A stretch of 64,000 nucleotides of DNA from an uncultured Dehalococcoidia bacterium (GTDB lineage Bacteria > Chloroflexota > Dehalococcoidia > DSTF01 > RBG-16-68-14). Under the pieces are notes generated by a model that made no database searches, was not told where the DNA came from, and saw only the letters and a list, made by a program, of their open reading frames with translations. This document shows positions 34,910-44,653 of this stretch, one piece after another. The stretch spans positions 5,095 through 69,094 of the forward strand of contig CAYOSF010000014.1 of NCBI GenBank assembly GCA_964406605.1, written 5' to 3'. Numbering within the stretch: the stretch's first letter is position 1; each line of letters opens with the position of its first letter. A program made the translations under genes and the position numbers.

Positions 34910-36793
34910 CTAGCGGCCCACGACACTCGGCCGTGGCGACAACCGACGTTCCGCAAGTAGTCCGGCGGTCCACGAACCTGGGAACCAACCCACGACGCTC
35001 TTGACCAGGGCGAACCGCGGCAAGCTAGCCGCAATGCGGAGGTCCGTGGCCTTCGCGGCAACGATTGCGAGAGCGGCGGCCAGCGCCGGTGTCGCGAGGT
35101 TCACGCCGACGACTGCGACCGGTATCAGGAAGAACAATACGGACGGCACCGCAACGGCGAAGACATCGCGCCGGTAGGCCACCAGGAGCGCCGCGGGCAG
35201 CAGCAGAATCTGGAGGTCCTGTATGTGGATGTGCGGGCTGGTGAGGATGGTCGCGGTCGCCAGGGCAAGCGCCGGTCGGGAGCCGTCGTCCAGGCGATCG
35301 CAGCGGCGCCACACGTGGACCGCCGCCATCAGCGTGGCGACCGTCGCGACGCCGGACAACACCAGGGAAGTCGGCCGTGAGACGCCCGGGAGCGCCGCCG
35401 CGAGGAACGAGGCCCAGCCGTACATGTGCGCCCTGTCCACGCCGTATTCCGCCTGCCAGCTCAGGCTTTCGAGGATCAGAGTTGGATACGAGACGAACGT
35501 CACATCGGGGCCGACCAGCGCCACCGATGCGGCTCCCAGGATTGCGGCTCCCGCCGCGTACCCACCCAGAGCCCGCCAACGGCGCGTCGCGACCAGATAG
35601 ACGATGGGCACAAGTGCCAGGTGGGGCTTGATGAGAGATGCTGCCAGCACCAGCCCGGCGGGAGCTTCGCGGCCGCCCTTCAGCAGCCTGTAGAAGAGCA
35701 CCCATGAGAGAAGCACCAGAGATGAGAGCTGGCCGTAGAGCAGGGACCAGAATACCGGGAACGACGCCAGCGCCGCGAGCACGAAGACCAGGGCCCAGCG
35801 TCGAGGCACCCGCCTAAGCTCCGGCAGCAGCAATGCGACAGACGCAAAGACGGCCAGGGCACTGATGGCAAACCAGAGCGCCTGAGCCCGTCCGTACGGC
35901 AGGTGAGCCAGCGGCTCGAACAAGCCGGCCACGAACGGCGGATTGAGGTACACGAGTCCGTTGTGCAGTCCAGCCGGGCGGCCGAGTATCTCCCGTTCCC
36001 GTGCCGCCACAGTGTCCGGTTCGTAGAGCAAGTGGCCGAGATCGTCTCGGACCAGGGAGCCCGCCGCGTAGAAAGCGACAATGTCCTCGCGCTGATCCGC
36101 CCCACGGCCGTCCCAGCCATCGATCACACGGACGATCAGATAGCCCCAAAGCCCGATCGCCAGGAAGGCGAGGGCTGCGGCGAGCGCGTACGGAACTGCC
36201 AAGCGGGCCCGCGAGAGGGTCTGCGCGAGGATGAGGCGATCCGGCGACGCCGACACGGCCTTTTTCCGGGTCCGGCCCCAGATCACTCGTGAGTCCCAGA
36301 ACCAGTTCCAGACGAAGGCGACCAGCGTGCCTAGTGTGGCTGCCACGTACGGCTCAATGCCGAAGTGGCCGCTGAGGACATTGACGCCAACCGTGAGGAT
36401 GCCAAAGGTCGAGACGGCGGACTTGATATGGAACTGGGTCAGTCGCCGCCACCAGCTACCGGTCGCGGAAAGCTCCCGAAACGTCCAGCAGCCATGGATG
36501 CAGAAGACGGCGAGGATGGACGCCTCCGCCGCCACCAGCGTAGCTACCAGCAGGCGCGCGTCCGGCGCTACGAAGAGAGGCAGACGAGCGGTCGCGCCGG
36601 GCGGCGGGAGCAGTGGCAGAGCGCCCGACTGCCCGAAGAAGAGAACCGCCTGATACACGAGATAGCCCGCCGTTCCCGCAATGACGAACCGGGCGAACGT
36701 CGGCGCGGTTTGTGCCTGCTGGAGCGCCCGCCGCCACAGGTGTGACACTTCTGAGAACGTCTCGCGTCGCCTGAGTGCTCGAACGGCCACCAT
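34910..36793 (-). CDS. GtrA-like flippase domain fused to a GT87 (DUF2029) membrane glycosyltransferase
   Basis: N-terminus ARFVIAG..F..H..WTF..WNWFWDSRVIW; C-terminus DIVAFYAAG, YLNPPF, LLYGQLS, IKPHL, SPHIHIQD. Confidence 0.8.
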   Translation of the reverse strand: MVAVRALRRRETFSEVSHLWRRALQQAQTAPTFARFVIAGTAGYLVYQAVLFFGQSGALPLLPPPGATARLPLFVAPDARLLVATLVAAEASILAVFCIHGCWTFRELSATGSWWRRLTQFHIKSAVSTFGILTVGVNVLSGHFGIEPYVAATLGTLVAFVWNWFWDSRVIWGRTRKKAVSASPDRLILAQTLSRARLAVPYALAAALAFLAIGLWGYLIVRVIDGWDGRGADQREDIVAFYAAGSLVRDDLGHLLYEPDTVAAREREILGRPAGLHNGLVYLNPPFVAGLFEPLAHLPYGRAQALWFAISALAVFASVALLLPELRRVPRRWALVFVLAALASFPVFWSLLYGQLSSLVLLSWVLFYRLLKGGREAPAGLVLAASLIKPHLALVPIVYLVATRRWRALGGYAAGAAILGAASVALVGPDVTFVSYPTLILESLSWQAEYGVDRAHMYGWASFLAAALPGVSRPTSLVLSGVATVATLMAAVHVWRRCDRLDDGSRPALALATATILTSPHIHIQDLQILLLPAALLVAYRRDVFAVAVPSVLFFLIPVAVVGVNLATPALAAALAIVAAKATDLRIAASLPRFALVKSVVGWFPGSWTAGLLAERRLSPRPSVVGR

Positions 36794-36994
36794 CGTCTCC
36801 TCCTGCTCCGTCCCTCTATCGTCAACGCCACCGTACGCCGAAGCCGGGAGGCTGATAAGGCACGAATGCTCCAATTCGACCTGGTGCCGATCGCGCAACC
36901 TGGACTGGTACAGACGTACTACGAGGGGGGTACGAACGGGCGATTGACGGTCCCTTCCGGCCGCCGATACAGTAACGATCGATCGCTGAGGACC

Positions 36995-38281
36995 ATGATG
37001 GCCGCGCAGACGCTGGAGAGGGCGCGGGACGCGCGAACCGGGCTGCGTCGTTGGTGGGGACGCGAGCGGCCTACCGGCGTGGCCTTGTACCTGTTCGGCG
37101 TGCGTTGGGCGGCATGGGCCGTCGCCGCCTTCATCGTGATTCTGGACGTTGTGCCCAAGGCCAACGTGCAGCGAGAACCGGCGCTCCTCATGGGCACGCT
37201 TGTCCAGAGCGCCACAGCGACCCTCTACCTCCCCCTGCTCCGCCCGCGAGTGCGCGACCTGATCCAGCGGTCTATCGGACGCGAAGTCGACGACATCTTG
37301 ATAGTAAGCCTGCTGGACATGACACTCGCCCTTTGCATCGTCTTTCTCAGCGGCGGCTGGGAGAGCCCCTACTACCTCTTCGCGGTCGCTTCACTTCTCG
37401 TGCCGTCATCGATCCTCGGGCTTCGGAGCAACCTGGCACTCACCGGCGGCTTCGTCGGCGCCTACGTTGCGATTGTGTCGACGGCGGGACAGGGGACCGA
37501 TGGCCCGTGGCGCGGGGCTGAGCTGAACAACTTCGCGGTCTTCATCGCAATACCGTTCATCGTCGCCCTCGTCGTGCAGTTCTTCGGTTGGATGTCCCGA
37601 CAGTTGGCCGCGGAGCGCGAGACGGCGCGCCAGGTCCTGGAGGAGAACATCCGCCTGCAGCGGGAGCGCGAGGATCTGGCTGCGCAACAGGAGCGGCACC
37701 GGGTCGCGCGTGAGATCCACGACGGCATCGGCCAGTCGATCTACATGCTCTCACTGAACTTGGAGGCGGCCGCGGAGGCGGCCGCCGACCAGCCCGGCCT
37801 GGGGGAGCGCCTGCAGAGCCTGGTAGCGCTGGCGAAACAGACACTGCTGGAGGTGCGGTACTACATCTTCGATCTGAAGCCGCTGTTGGAGGGCCAGGCC
37901 GGCATCGCGGCGGCGCTGCGCAACCAGGTCCAAGAGTTCGGGACGGTCACCGGGCTGCCGGTATCGATAGAAGTAGAGGGCGAGGAGCGGAAGCTGTCCC
38001 TGGCCAAAGGTACAGCCCTCTATCGCATCGCCCAGGAGGCGCTGGCCAACACGTACCGCCACGCGAACGCATCGGAAGGACGGATACGTCTCGCCTTCGA
38101 CGCGGCAACCGTGACGCTGGAGGTGCGCGACGACGGCGACGGATTCCGGCCGGACGGTTCCGGCGGCCATGGCCTGGCCAACATCCGCCGACGGGTAGAG
38201 GAGCTTTCCGGTACGCTCACTATCGAGAGCGAACCCGGAAAGGGCACGGTGGTGCATGCCACCCTACCGGTGGAGGAGTGA
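36995..38281 (+). CDS. Membrane sensor histidine kinase (HisKA_3 / NarX-like)
   Basis: ERHRVAREIHDGIGQ, RIAQEALAN, DDGDGF, GHGLANI; about 6 TMs. Confidence 0.95.
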   Translation: MMAAQTLERARDARTGLRRWWGRERPTGVALYLFGVRWAAWAVAAFIVILDVVPKANVQREPALLMGTLVQSATATLYLPLLRPRVRDLIQRSIGREVDDILIVSLLDMTLALCIVFLSGGWESPYYLFAVASLLVPSSILGLRSNLALTGGFVGAYVAIVSTAGQGTDGPWRGAELNNFAVFIAIPFIVALVVQFFGWMSRQLAAERETARQVLEENIRLQREREDLAAQQERHRVAREIHDGIGQSIYMLSLNLEAAAEAAADQPGLGERLQSLVALAKQTLLEVRYYIFDLKPLLEGQAGIAAALRNQVQEFGTVTGLPVSIEVEGEERKLSLAKGTALYRIAQEALANTYRHANASEGRIRLAFDAATVTLEVRDDGDGFRPDGSGGHGLANIRRRVEELSGTLTIESEPGKGTVVHATLPVEE

Positions 38282-38940
38282 TGGGCGACATCCGGATTCT
38301 CGTCGTAGACGACCATGAAGTGGTGAGGACGGGACTGCGCACGCTGCTGGCCGATGCCGAAGGCTTGGTGTTCGCGGGCGAGGCAACCACCGCCGACGAG
38401 GCCGTCGCGCGGGCGCAGGCTATTCGTCCCGACCTGGTGCTGATGGATGTGCGGCTAGGGGCCGAGGGCGACGTTGGCGGGATCGAGGCGTGCCGTGAGA
38501 TCCGGAGCGCCCTACCGGAGACCCGCGTGCTCATGTTCTCCTCCTACGGAGAGCGCGAGGCGGTCGTCTCATCGATCATGGCGGGCGCGGCAGGCTATCT
38601 GACGAAGAACGTGGCGCGAGCCCAGCTCCTGGACGCGCTCCGAGCGGTGGCGAGAGGCGAGTCGCTGCTGGATTCCAAGGTGACGGCTCCCCTCCTCGAC
38701 CGGCTCAAGGAGCTCTCCGCCAGGGAAGAGCCTTCCGACGATCCGCTATCGCCGCGGGAGCGAGAGGTCCTGGCGCTGATTGCCCGCGGTCTGACGAATC
38801 GAGAGATCGCCGAGGAACTGACGATCAGCGAGCACACGGCGCGCAACCACGTGACCAGCATCCTCGACAAGCTGGGCCTCTCGCGGCGCGCGGAGGCGGC
38901 CGTCTACGCAGCCCGCCTCGGCCTGCTTCCGGAAGAATAG
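38278..38940 (+). CDS. NarL/FixJ-type response regulator
   Basis: VVDDHEVVR, LMDVRL, GYLTK, LSPREREVL LuxR HTH. Confidence 0.95.
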   Translation: MMGDIRILVVDDHEVVRTGLRTLLADAEGLVFAGEATTADEAVARAQAIRPDLVLMDVRLGAEGDVGGIEACREIRSALPETRVLMFSSYGEREAVVSSIMAGAAGYLTKNVARAQLLDALRAVARGESLLDSKVTAPLLDRLKELSAREEPSDDPLSPREREVLALIARGLTNREIAEELTISEHTARNHVTSILDKLGLSRRAEAAVYAARLGLLPEE

Positions 38941-38979
38941 GCGCCGGCCGAACGCGGACCCGGACCACGAAGGACGCTG

Positions 38980-39639
38980 CTACTTGAGGGTCTGGCCGAT
39001 CTCCTTGGCCAGGGCGTCCGCACCGGCGGGACTCTCTCCGGCGCTCACCGAGGCCAGGACAGGGATGCCCGGTAGCACGGCTGCCGGCGTCCACCGCTTC
39101 GCCTTCTCGTCCCAGCAGGCAATCCGTCGGTCGGTCACGACGACGTTCGTTGCTCCTCCATCATTGGACGCCAGGAGATCTCGATAGGCCGCCTGCACCT
39201 CTGGGCCATCGTAGAGCGCGTCGGCAGGTGGAACACGCGTCTCACGGTCCTCGTATTCCGGGAGCGTTCGGGCGCGGAAGCGCGCCTCCTCATGATCGAC
39301 CTCGCCGCGCAGGGGGAGCATCCGGTACTCCTGCTTCTCTGGGTCTCGGACGCGAGCCCAGGCCAGACGGCCGGCCAGAGCTGCGACAACGTCCCGCACC
39401 TCGCTTTGGGGCCGTCCTACCAGGGAGGACACGACCTCACCTCCTACCGCGCCGCCCAGGTGCTCGGCAAGCGCCGCAATGTCTACATCGACGGTTGAAC
39501 CGTCCACGTAGACACGCAGACCGGGCGCCTCTTTCGCCGCGCCCGCCTTGGCCGTCTCTCGAAGCTCCTTGGCGGGCACCTTCGGCAGGTAGATAGGCCG
39601 TGTGGAGATGGGGTTCTTGCGCTTTGGTCGTACTGCCAT
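38980..39639 (-). CDS. Hypothetical protein (resembles the N-terminal part of DUF6775 putative metallopeptidases)
   Basis: LYDGPEVQ, VVVTDRRIACWD and PVLASVS motifs; no HExxH seen. Confidence 0.5.
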   Translation of the reverse strand: MAVRPKRKNPISTRPIYLPKVPAKELRETAKAGAAKEAPGLRVYVDGSTVDVDIAALAEHLGGAVGGEVVSSLVGRPQSEVRDVVAALAGRLAWARVRDPEKQEYRMLPLRGEVDHEEARFRARTLPEYEDRETRVPPADALYDGPEVQAAYRDLLASNDGGATNVVVTDRRIACWDEKAKRWTPAAVLPGIPVLASVSAGESPAGADALAKEIGQTLK

Positions 39640-39643
39640 GCTC

Positions 39644-40375
39644 TCACTCCTTGACTTCGGTCGGTGCGGCTCCAGCGGGAGCAGAAGTCAGCTCCTGAAC
39701 CCGTTTGTTGGCCAGTCCCTCCGATGCCCAGTCCCCTCCTCGACACCGACCAGCCTTGATCGCTGCCACCACGTCTCGCTCGTCCTTGATCTCGTCTGCG
39801 AACACGGTGAAGCAAGCGGCCACGTCCATCAGGCGGTGCGTATCGCTGCCGCCGGTTGTCGGCAGGTCCAGACGCCGGGCCAGCTCGGCAGCCATCCGGC
39901 GCTGGGGCGCCGCTTCGAGCCCGCTGTGCACCTCCACGGCGTCGACCAGGCGTGGCCGGTAGCGCCCCGCCGTCTCCTCCCAGAACGCCTCGCCGGACCG
40001 CGCCTGCCGCGTGGTCGGGAGCGCAGCGCGGAAGGGGTGCGCGGCGACGATGACGCCGCCGGCCTCATCGACGTCAGCCCGAAGCTCCTCGAGCGTCGGG
40101 AGCCGGTTCCAGCGGCGCGGCCCCTCAAGCCCGAAGACCAGCATGTGCCCCACATCGGTATCCACCTCGACACCTCCGATGACCGCGAAACCGTGGCGCC
40201 GACGCAGCATTTCGATCTTCTCCGGGTCCCAGAGCTGGTTGTGCTCGGTGATCGCTATGCCGTCCAGTCCCCAGTGCCGGGCGCGTTTGATGAGGTCTGA
40301 CGGATCGAGGTGGCTGTCGCCGGACCCCCACCCGGTGTGGTTGTGGAGGTCGATGAGCATGCCCCGATCTGCCAC
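39644..40375 (-). CDS. PHP-domain metallohydrolase
   Basis: IDLHNHT, DGIAITEHN, GVEV..GHML, AAHPFR, GGSDTH. Confidence 0.92.
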   Translation of the reverse strand: MADRGMLIDLHNHTGWGSGDSHLDPSDLIKRARHWGLDGIAITEHNQLWDPEKIEMLRRRHGFAVIGGVEVDTDVGHMLVFGLEGPRRWNRLPTLEELRADVDEAGGVIVAAHPFRAALPTTRQARSGEAFWEETAGRYRPRLVDAVEVHSGLEAAPQRRMAAELARRLDLPTTGGSDTHRLMDVAACFTVFADEIKDERDVVAAIKAGRCRGGDWASEGLANKRVQELTSAPAGAAPTEVKE

Positions 40376-40391
40376 GTCTGCCGGGCGAGCG

Positions 40392-40967
40392 TCAGGCCCG
40401 TACTACCCTGAACTGACAGTATTCGTCAGCAGGCATGGTGGCGCCCATCGTGACGTTGACGTCGAACCCGAAATGCTTGAAGGCCACCTCGCACGCTGCA
40501 ACGCAGGCGGCCTTGCAGTGGAGCTGGTTCGCGAACTCCTCTCCGATGGTCTCCTGTATCGCCTTGAAGTAGCCGCAGAAGGGCATCTTGAAGACGAGGC
40601 CCTGCGCCCCATTCTCCACGATGGGCACGGTGTAGATCGGCTGCGTACTGAGATATGCGATCTCGATGTAGCGCTGGGAGAGGAAGGGGAACCTAAGCTC
40701 CTCAATGCCCTCGGCCGCCTCTTTCAGCACTTCGAACGTGCGGTCCGGGTGCTGTTCGCCGACCTCCAGGACGCGCTCCATCCAACGGCGGCCGAAATCG
40801 CCGAAGAACGCAGCGGCCTGCGCCTCGTCAGGCACGCCGCCGGGGCTGTCGCCGGCGATCTTCTGGAGCTCTCCGCGCAGCACATCCGGGCCGAACTCCT
40901 GCTCCAACTGCTGCACCATCTCCTCCGCCAGGTCCCACGAGCGGCTCTTCGTATCGGTAGCGGTCAT
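40392..40967 (-). CDS. Hypothetical protein with V4R-like C-terminal Cys pattern
   Basis: KMPFCGYF, LHCKAAC, EYCQFRV; ATGA-coupled to the upstream ferredoxin. Confidence 0.6.
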   Translation of the reverse strand: MTATDTKSRSWDLAEEMVQQLEQEFGPDVLRGELQKIAGDSPGGVPDEAQAAAFFGDFGRRWMERVLEVGEQHPDRTFEVLKEAAEGIEELRFPFLSQRYIEIAYLSTQPIYTVPIVENGAQGLVFKMPFCGYFKAIQETIGEEFANQLHCKAACVAACEVAFKHFGFDVNVTMGATMPADEYCQFRVVRA

Positions 40968-41242
40968 GCCGGCACCCCCTCGGGCATCGCGACGGTGAGG
41001 GCATCCGCGGGACAAACCTCGACGCACTTCATGCAGCCGGTGCACTTGTCGCGGTAGGTGGCTGTCAGCACGTAGGCGCCCGGCTCCTTCTTGTCGGTCA
41101 GCTCGCCGCGGACCATCTTCACGGTATGAACCATGAAGACGGCGGGCGGGCAGATCCGGAGGCAGCGCTTGCAGTCGAACGGAGTGGTGCAGCGCTCCCG
41201 GTCGATGGTGATGACAGGGTTGACTGGGTTCATGGCCGTCAT
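40964..41242 (-). CDS. 2x[4Fe-4S] ferredoxin
   Basis: CTTPFDCKRCLRICP and CTGCMKCVEVCP. Confidence 0.9.
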   Translation of the reverse strand: MTAMNPVNPVITIDRERCTTPFDCKRCLRICPPAVFMVHTVKMVRGELTDKKEPGAYVLTATYRDKCTGCMKCVEVCPADALTVAMPEGVPA

Positions 41243-41252
41243 TCCTCCGTCT

Positions 41253-42089
41253 CTACCAAACCTGCTGGAGGGCCACGTACTGCTTCCGCGGCACCAAGTC
41301 GATCGCCTTGCGGTTGCAGGCGGTCATGCAGAGCCCGCAGCCGAAGCACACCATCGGGTCGATGTTGGGCTTGTCGATCGTGGACTCGTACTTAAGGGCG
41401 TTGAACTGGCACCGGCCTAGGCATTCGCCGCAGCCGTTGCACTTCTCGTAATCCACTTCGCAGATGTACTCGCCCTTCACCAATTGGTAGTTGAGGCCGT
41501 AGTCGACGCGCATCCGGATGGGACCGCAGTCCGGGTAGTCACAGTTGCAGAGGCCGCCGATGAAGTCGCCGCCCTCCTGCATCAAGATGTGGACCATGCC
41601 TCGCTGGTCCCAGTACTCAAGCCACTCCGCGGCCTGCTTCGGGCTCAAGAACTCGACGCCACCACGATAGCGCTCCGGCCAGCGTTCCCACTTGAACATG
41701 CCGGTGCCCAGGCCCATGCAACTGAACTCGTTGACGTTGTTCTCTTCCTCACCCCGCGTGTTCTTGCGGCAGATGCAGTGCATGATGCCTATTGGCGTCC
41801 CGACGTCCTGCAGCAGTTCGATGCAGTCTTGCAGCGGCGCCACTTGGGTGCCCGGCCGGGTGGCATGGCGCTCGTTGAGCTTCTTGATGATCTGGGAATA
41901 GGTATCCAGGTCGCCGTCCGCCTTCGCCTGGATTGCCTCGTTCAGACCGGGGCCGAGGCTCTGCGCGTCGCCTCTGAACGCGCTCCTCTTGGCGTCGGGC
42001 TCCCGGAGCTTGTACATCCGGTTGGCGTAGTTCTTCGGGTGCTTGTACCAGACGGTGCCGTCGCCGAGCCAATCGCACATTCGACACAT
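41253..42089 (-). CDS. 4Fe-4S dicluster-domain protein with Cys-rich N-terminal domain
   Basis: MCRMC, HCICRK, LCNCDYPDC, CNGCGECLGRCQF, CFGCGLCMTAC. Confidence 0.88.
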   Translation of the reverse strand: MCRMCDWLGDGTVWYKHPKNYANRMYKLREPDAKRSAFRGDAQSLGPGLNEAIQAKADGDLDTYSQIIKKLNERHATRPGTQVAPLQDCIELLQDVGTPIGIMHCICRKNTRGEEENNVNEFSCMGLGTGMFKWERWPERYRGGVEFLSPKQAAEWLEYWDQRGMVHILMQEGGDFIGGLCNCDYPDCGPIRMRVDYGLNYQLVKGEYICEVDYEKCNGCGECLGRCQFNALKYESTIDKPNIDPMVCFGCGLCMTACNRKAIDLVPRKQYVALQQVW

Positions 42090-42442
42090 AGGCCAGCGCC
42101 TCCTTCCCTCTGCTGGAGCCGGGCCGGGATCATGCCCCCCGGGGCACCGGCCTCGTCTCAATGCGGAAGTGAGATTTGCTACAGGCTACACGCGCGCCCG
42201 GCAGGCGGGCAAGAGCCGAACGGCACGTTCGGGCTGTGTACCGGGCCGGGCAGACCATCCATGGCCACCGGGCTGCACGCACCTGGCAGTGCCAACGAGG
42301 AATTCGTTTCGCAAAAACGCCCTTTTTCTGCATATGCCGATTAGCATTTGGTAGGGCGCTATTCAGGTCCGGGCGCCACATTAGCACATGCGTTCGGACG
42401 GCGCAAGTGCTTCATGGCTTGCGAACCGGCGCGATCAGTAGC

Positions 42443-43501
42443 TCACCCACCTGCGGCTCCGCGGCTGCGGGCCCTGATGAAGACGACGACGCCGACCACC
42501 ACCACCAGACCAAGCCCCGCGGCCAACACGTACCACCACGCCGAGATGCCCCCTCCGCCGTCTTCTTCCGCGCCACCGCCGCCGGCCTCTGTCGGCGCGA
42601 CGGCCGTCTCCGCAGCCGTGCCCGTCGGCTCCAAAGCGGTCTCCCGGGGCGTGCTCGTCGGTCCTTCCTCCGCTGCCGCGGCGGGGATGTCACCGCACGC
42701 CACGTGCGTGTTGGGGTCGTCGCGCGATTGCTGGACGTTGACCGCGAGGTTGCCGGTCTGCAGATCGCTCAGCGGCACGTCGAGCACCGTCGCAGATATG
42801 CCCCCTCTGGCATCCTGCAGGGCGTACGCCACAGCCCCCAACTCGGCGCAGGAGCCTTCGTGGATGCTGACGGGCTGCGGCACGCCCTCGGGACCGGGCA
42901 TGGAGAGCGAGACCGTGACGGCCGTCCGGTCGCCGAATCCCAGCAGTTGCGCCCAACCCGGTATCTGACCGGTCGGGTGATCGGGCGCCAACTGCACGGA
43001 GACCGTGTTGGCTCCCACCTCAGCGAGGAAAGCGGCAGTCTCGGAGTCGCTCACGTCGAAATCGAACCGCTGCTGCGCGATCTTGTCGCCGCTCAGCTCA
43101 ACGAGGTAGGACGAGACGAACCTCTCCGCCCCCGCCCCGCGTACCATGTCCGATTCGATCTGGGCGGAACCGGTCACCATGCTGCCGGAGACCTCTGAGC
43201 TGACGATCGTGATGTGAATGTTGTCGGCAACGTAGAACTCCACCGCGTTTCGGATGGCGCCCTTGCCGCCGCACTCGACCGGCGCGCACGGAACGATACC
43301 GGCGAAAACGGCGCCGTCAGCGTAGAGCTCCATCACGGCATCCACGTCGCCGCGGTTAAAGGCGTCGACACCCTGGTTGAGAATATCGGCCGGGTCTGCC
43401 TGGGCCGACGCCGGACTGGCGCCGTCCCGCAGCCCCCAAGCGCCCGCGAGGAGCACCACTGCTACCAGCGACGCCGTGAGCGTGAGGATTCCTGTACGCA
43501 T
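42443..43501 (-). CDS. Exported membrane-anchored protein: SnoaL/NTF2 domain, Cu/Zn-SOD-like beta domain and C-terminal TM
   Basis: Signal peptide, DAFNRGDVDAVMELYADGAVF, QPVSIHEGSC...VACGDI, WWYVLAAGLG..RARSR. Confidence 0.7.
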   Translation of the reverse strand: MRTGILTLTASLVAVVLLAGAWGLRDGASPASAQADPADILNQGVDAFNRGDVDAVMELYADGAVFAGIVPCAPVECGGKGAIRNAVEFYVADNIHITIVSSEVSGSMVTGSAQIESDMVRGAGAERFVSSYLVELSGDKIAQQRFDFDVSDSETAAFLAEVGANTVSVQLAPDHPTGQIPGWAQLLGFGDRTAVTVSLSMPGPEGVPQPVSIHEGSCAELGAVAYALQDARGGISATVLDVPLSDLQTGNLAVNVQQSRDDPNTHVACGDIPAAAAEEGPTSTPRETALEPTGTAAETAVAPTEAGGGGAEEDGGGGISAWWYVLAAGLGLVVVVGVVVFIRARSRGAAGG

Positions 43502-43783
43502 GACCTTCTGCCTCCTGCTGTCACAAGACACGCCCCCCCGGCGCGACCGCATCCTACACAGTCGCAGTCTGAGCGACAAGCCGTCGCGGAATCGCGAGCC
43601 GGCTTCGAGGTACTGCCGGCGCAAGCGACCGGCCTGCTCACCGCTCTCAGCATACCGCGCGTGCGCACGGGCTGTTGAAGGAGCACCGAGGATCTGGGTA
43701 TCGTAGCTCACGAGGTGGGAACGCCATGAACGAACAGAGCGAGGCCAAGAGCAGAAGCTCCGACGGATGAAGGGAGGCTACGG

Positions 43784-44578
43784 ATGAAGATCAGCGCGAA
43801 CGGGATCCAGCAAAGCTACGAGCTGGCCGGGCAGGGAACCTGCCTGGTACTGATCCACGGGGCGGGCGACAACCTCCATATGTGGTGGGAGCAGGTGCCG
43901 GTGCTGTCGGAGCGGTTCCGGGTGCTCACCTACGACGTGCGCGGCTTCGGGGAGACCGAGTTCCCGGAGTCCGAGATAAGCATGGACCTGCTGGGCGACG
44001 ACCTGTACGAGCTGCTGCGCGCCCTCGATATCGACGGCGCGTACGTGCTTGGCTACTCGATGGGCGGGCGCATCGGGCTCCAGGTCGCCCTGCAACACCC
44101 CGAGATGGTGAAGGCGCTCGTCCTGGCCAACAGCGGCGTGGGCGCCGCCCCGCGCCGGCCCGACGCGGAGGAGCGGCGGCGCGCCATGGTCTCGATGCTG
44201 GAGGCCGGAGACATCGAGGCGATATCCGAGCAGATGGCGGTGAACTCGTTTTCGCCCGGCTTCAAGGAGCGCAACCCGAAGCAGTTCCAGCGCTACAAGG
44301 ACGTGAAGCTGCGCAACGACCCGGGCGGGTTCGCTCGGTTGTGGGGAGCGATGGGCACGGCCTCGCCGCCCGCGCTGGGCGACCTCACCTGCCGGGTCCT
44401 GATCATTGCGGGCGACAAGGACGGCTACATGCCGCTGGAGGGAGCGCGGGCCTCCCAGGCCGCCATCCCGGGCAGTCGTCTGGAGATCCTGCCCACCGGC
44501 CACGCCGCCGCCATCGAGGCGCCGGAGGACTTCAACCGGATCGTGCTGGAGTTCTTGGCGGGTGTGGAAAGCGGGTAG
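43784..44578 (+). CDS. Alpha/beta fold hydrolase
   Basis: LIHG, YDVRGFG, GYSMGG nucleophile elbow, GDKD, GH. Confidence 0.93.
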   Translation: MKISANGIQQSYELAGQGTCLVLIHGAGDNLHMWWEQVPVLSERFRVLTYDVRGFGETEFPESEISMDLLGDDLYELLRALDIDGAYVLGYSMGGRIGLQVALQHPEMVKALVLANSGVGAAPRRPDAEERRRAMVSMLEAGDIEAISEQMAVNSFSPGFKERNPKQFQRYKDVKLRNDPGGFARLWGAMGTASPPALGDLTCRVLIIAGDKDGYMPLEGARASQAAIPGSRLEILPTGHAAAIEAPEDFNRIVLEFLAGVESG

Positions 44579-44653
44579 GGCTCACGGCCCCATGGCCAAG
44601 GTGGGTGAGCGAGAACTGGTATTGTGAAACGGCCCTTCTCGAGTTTGGCCAGA

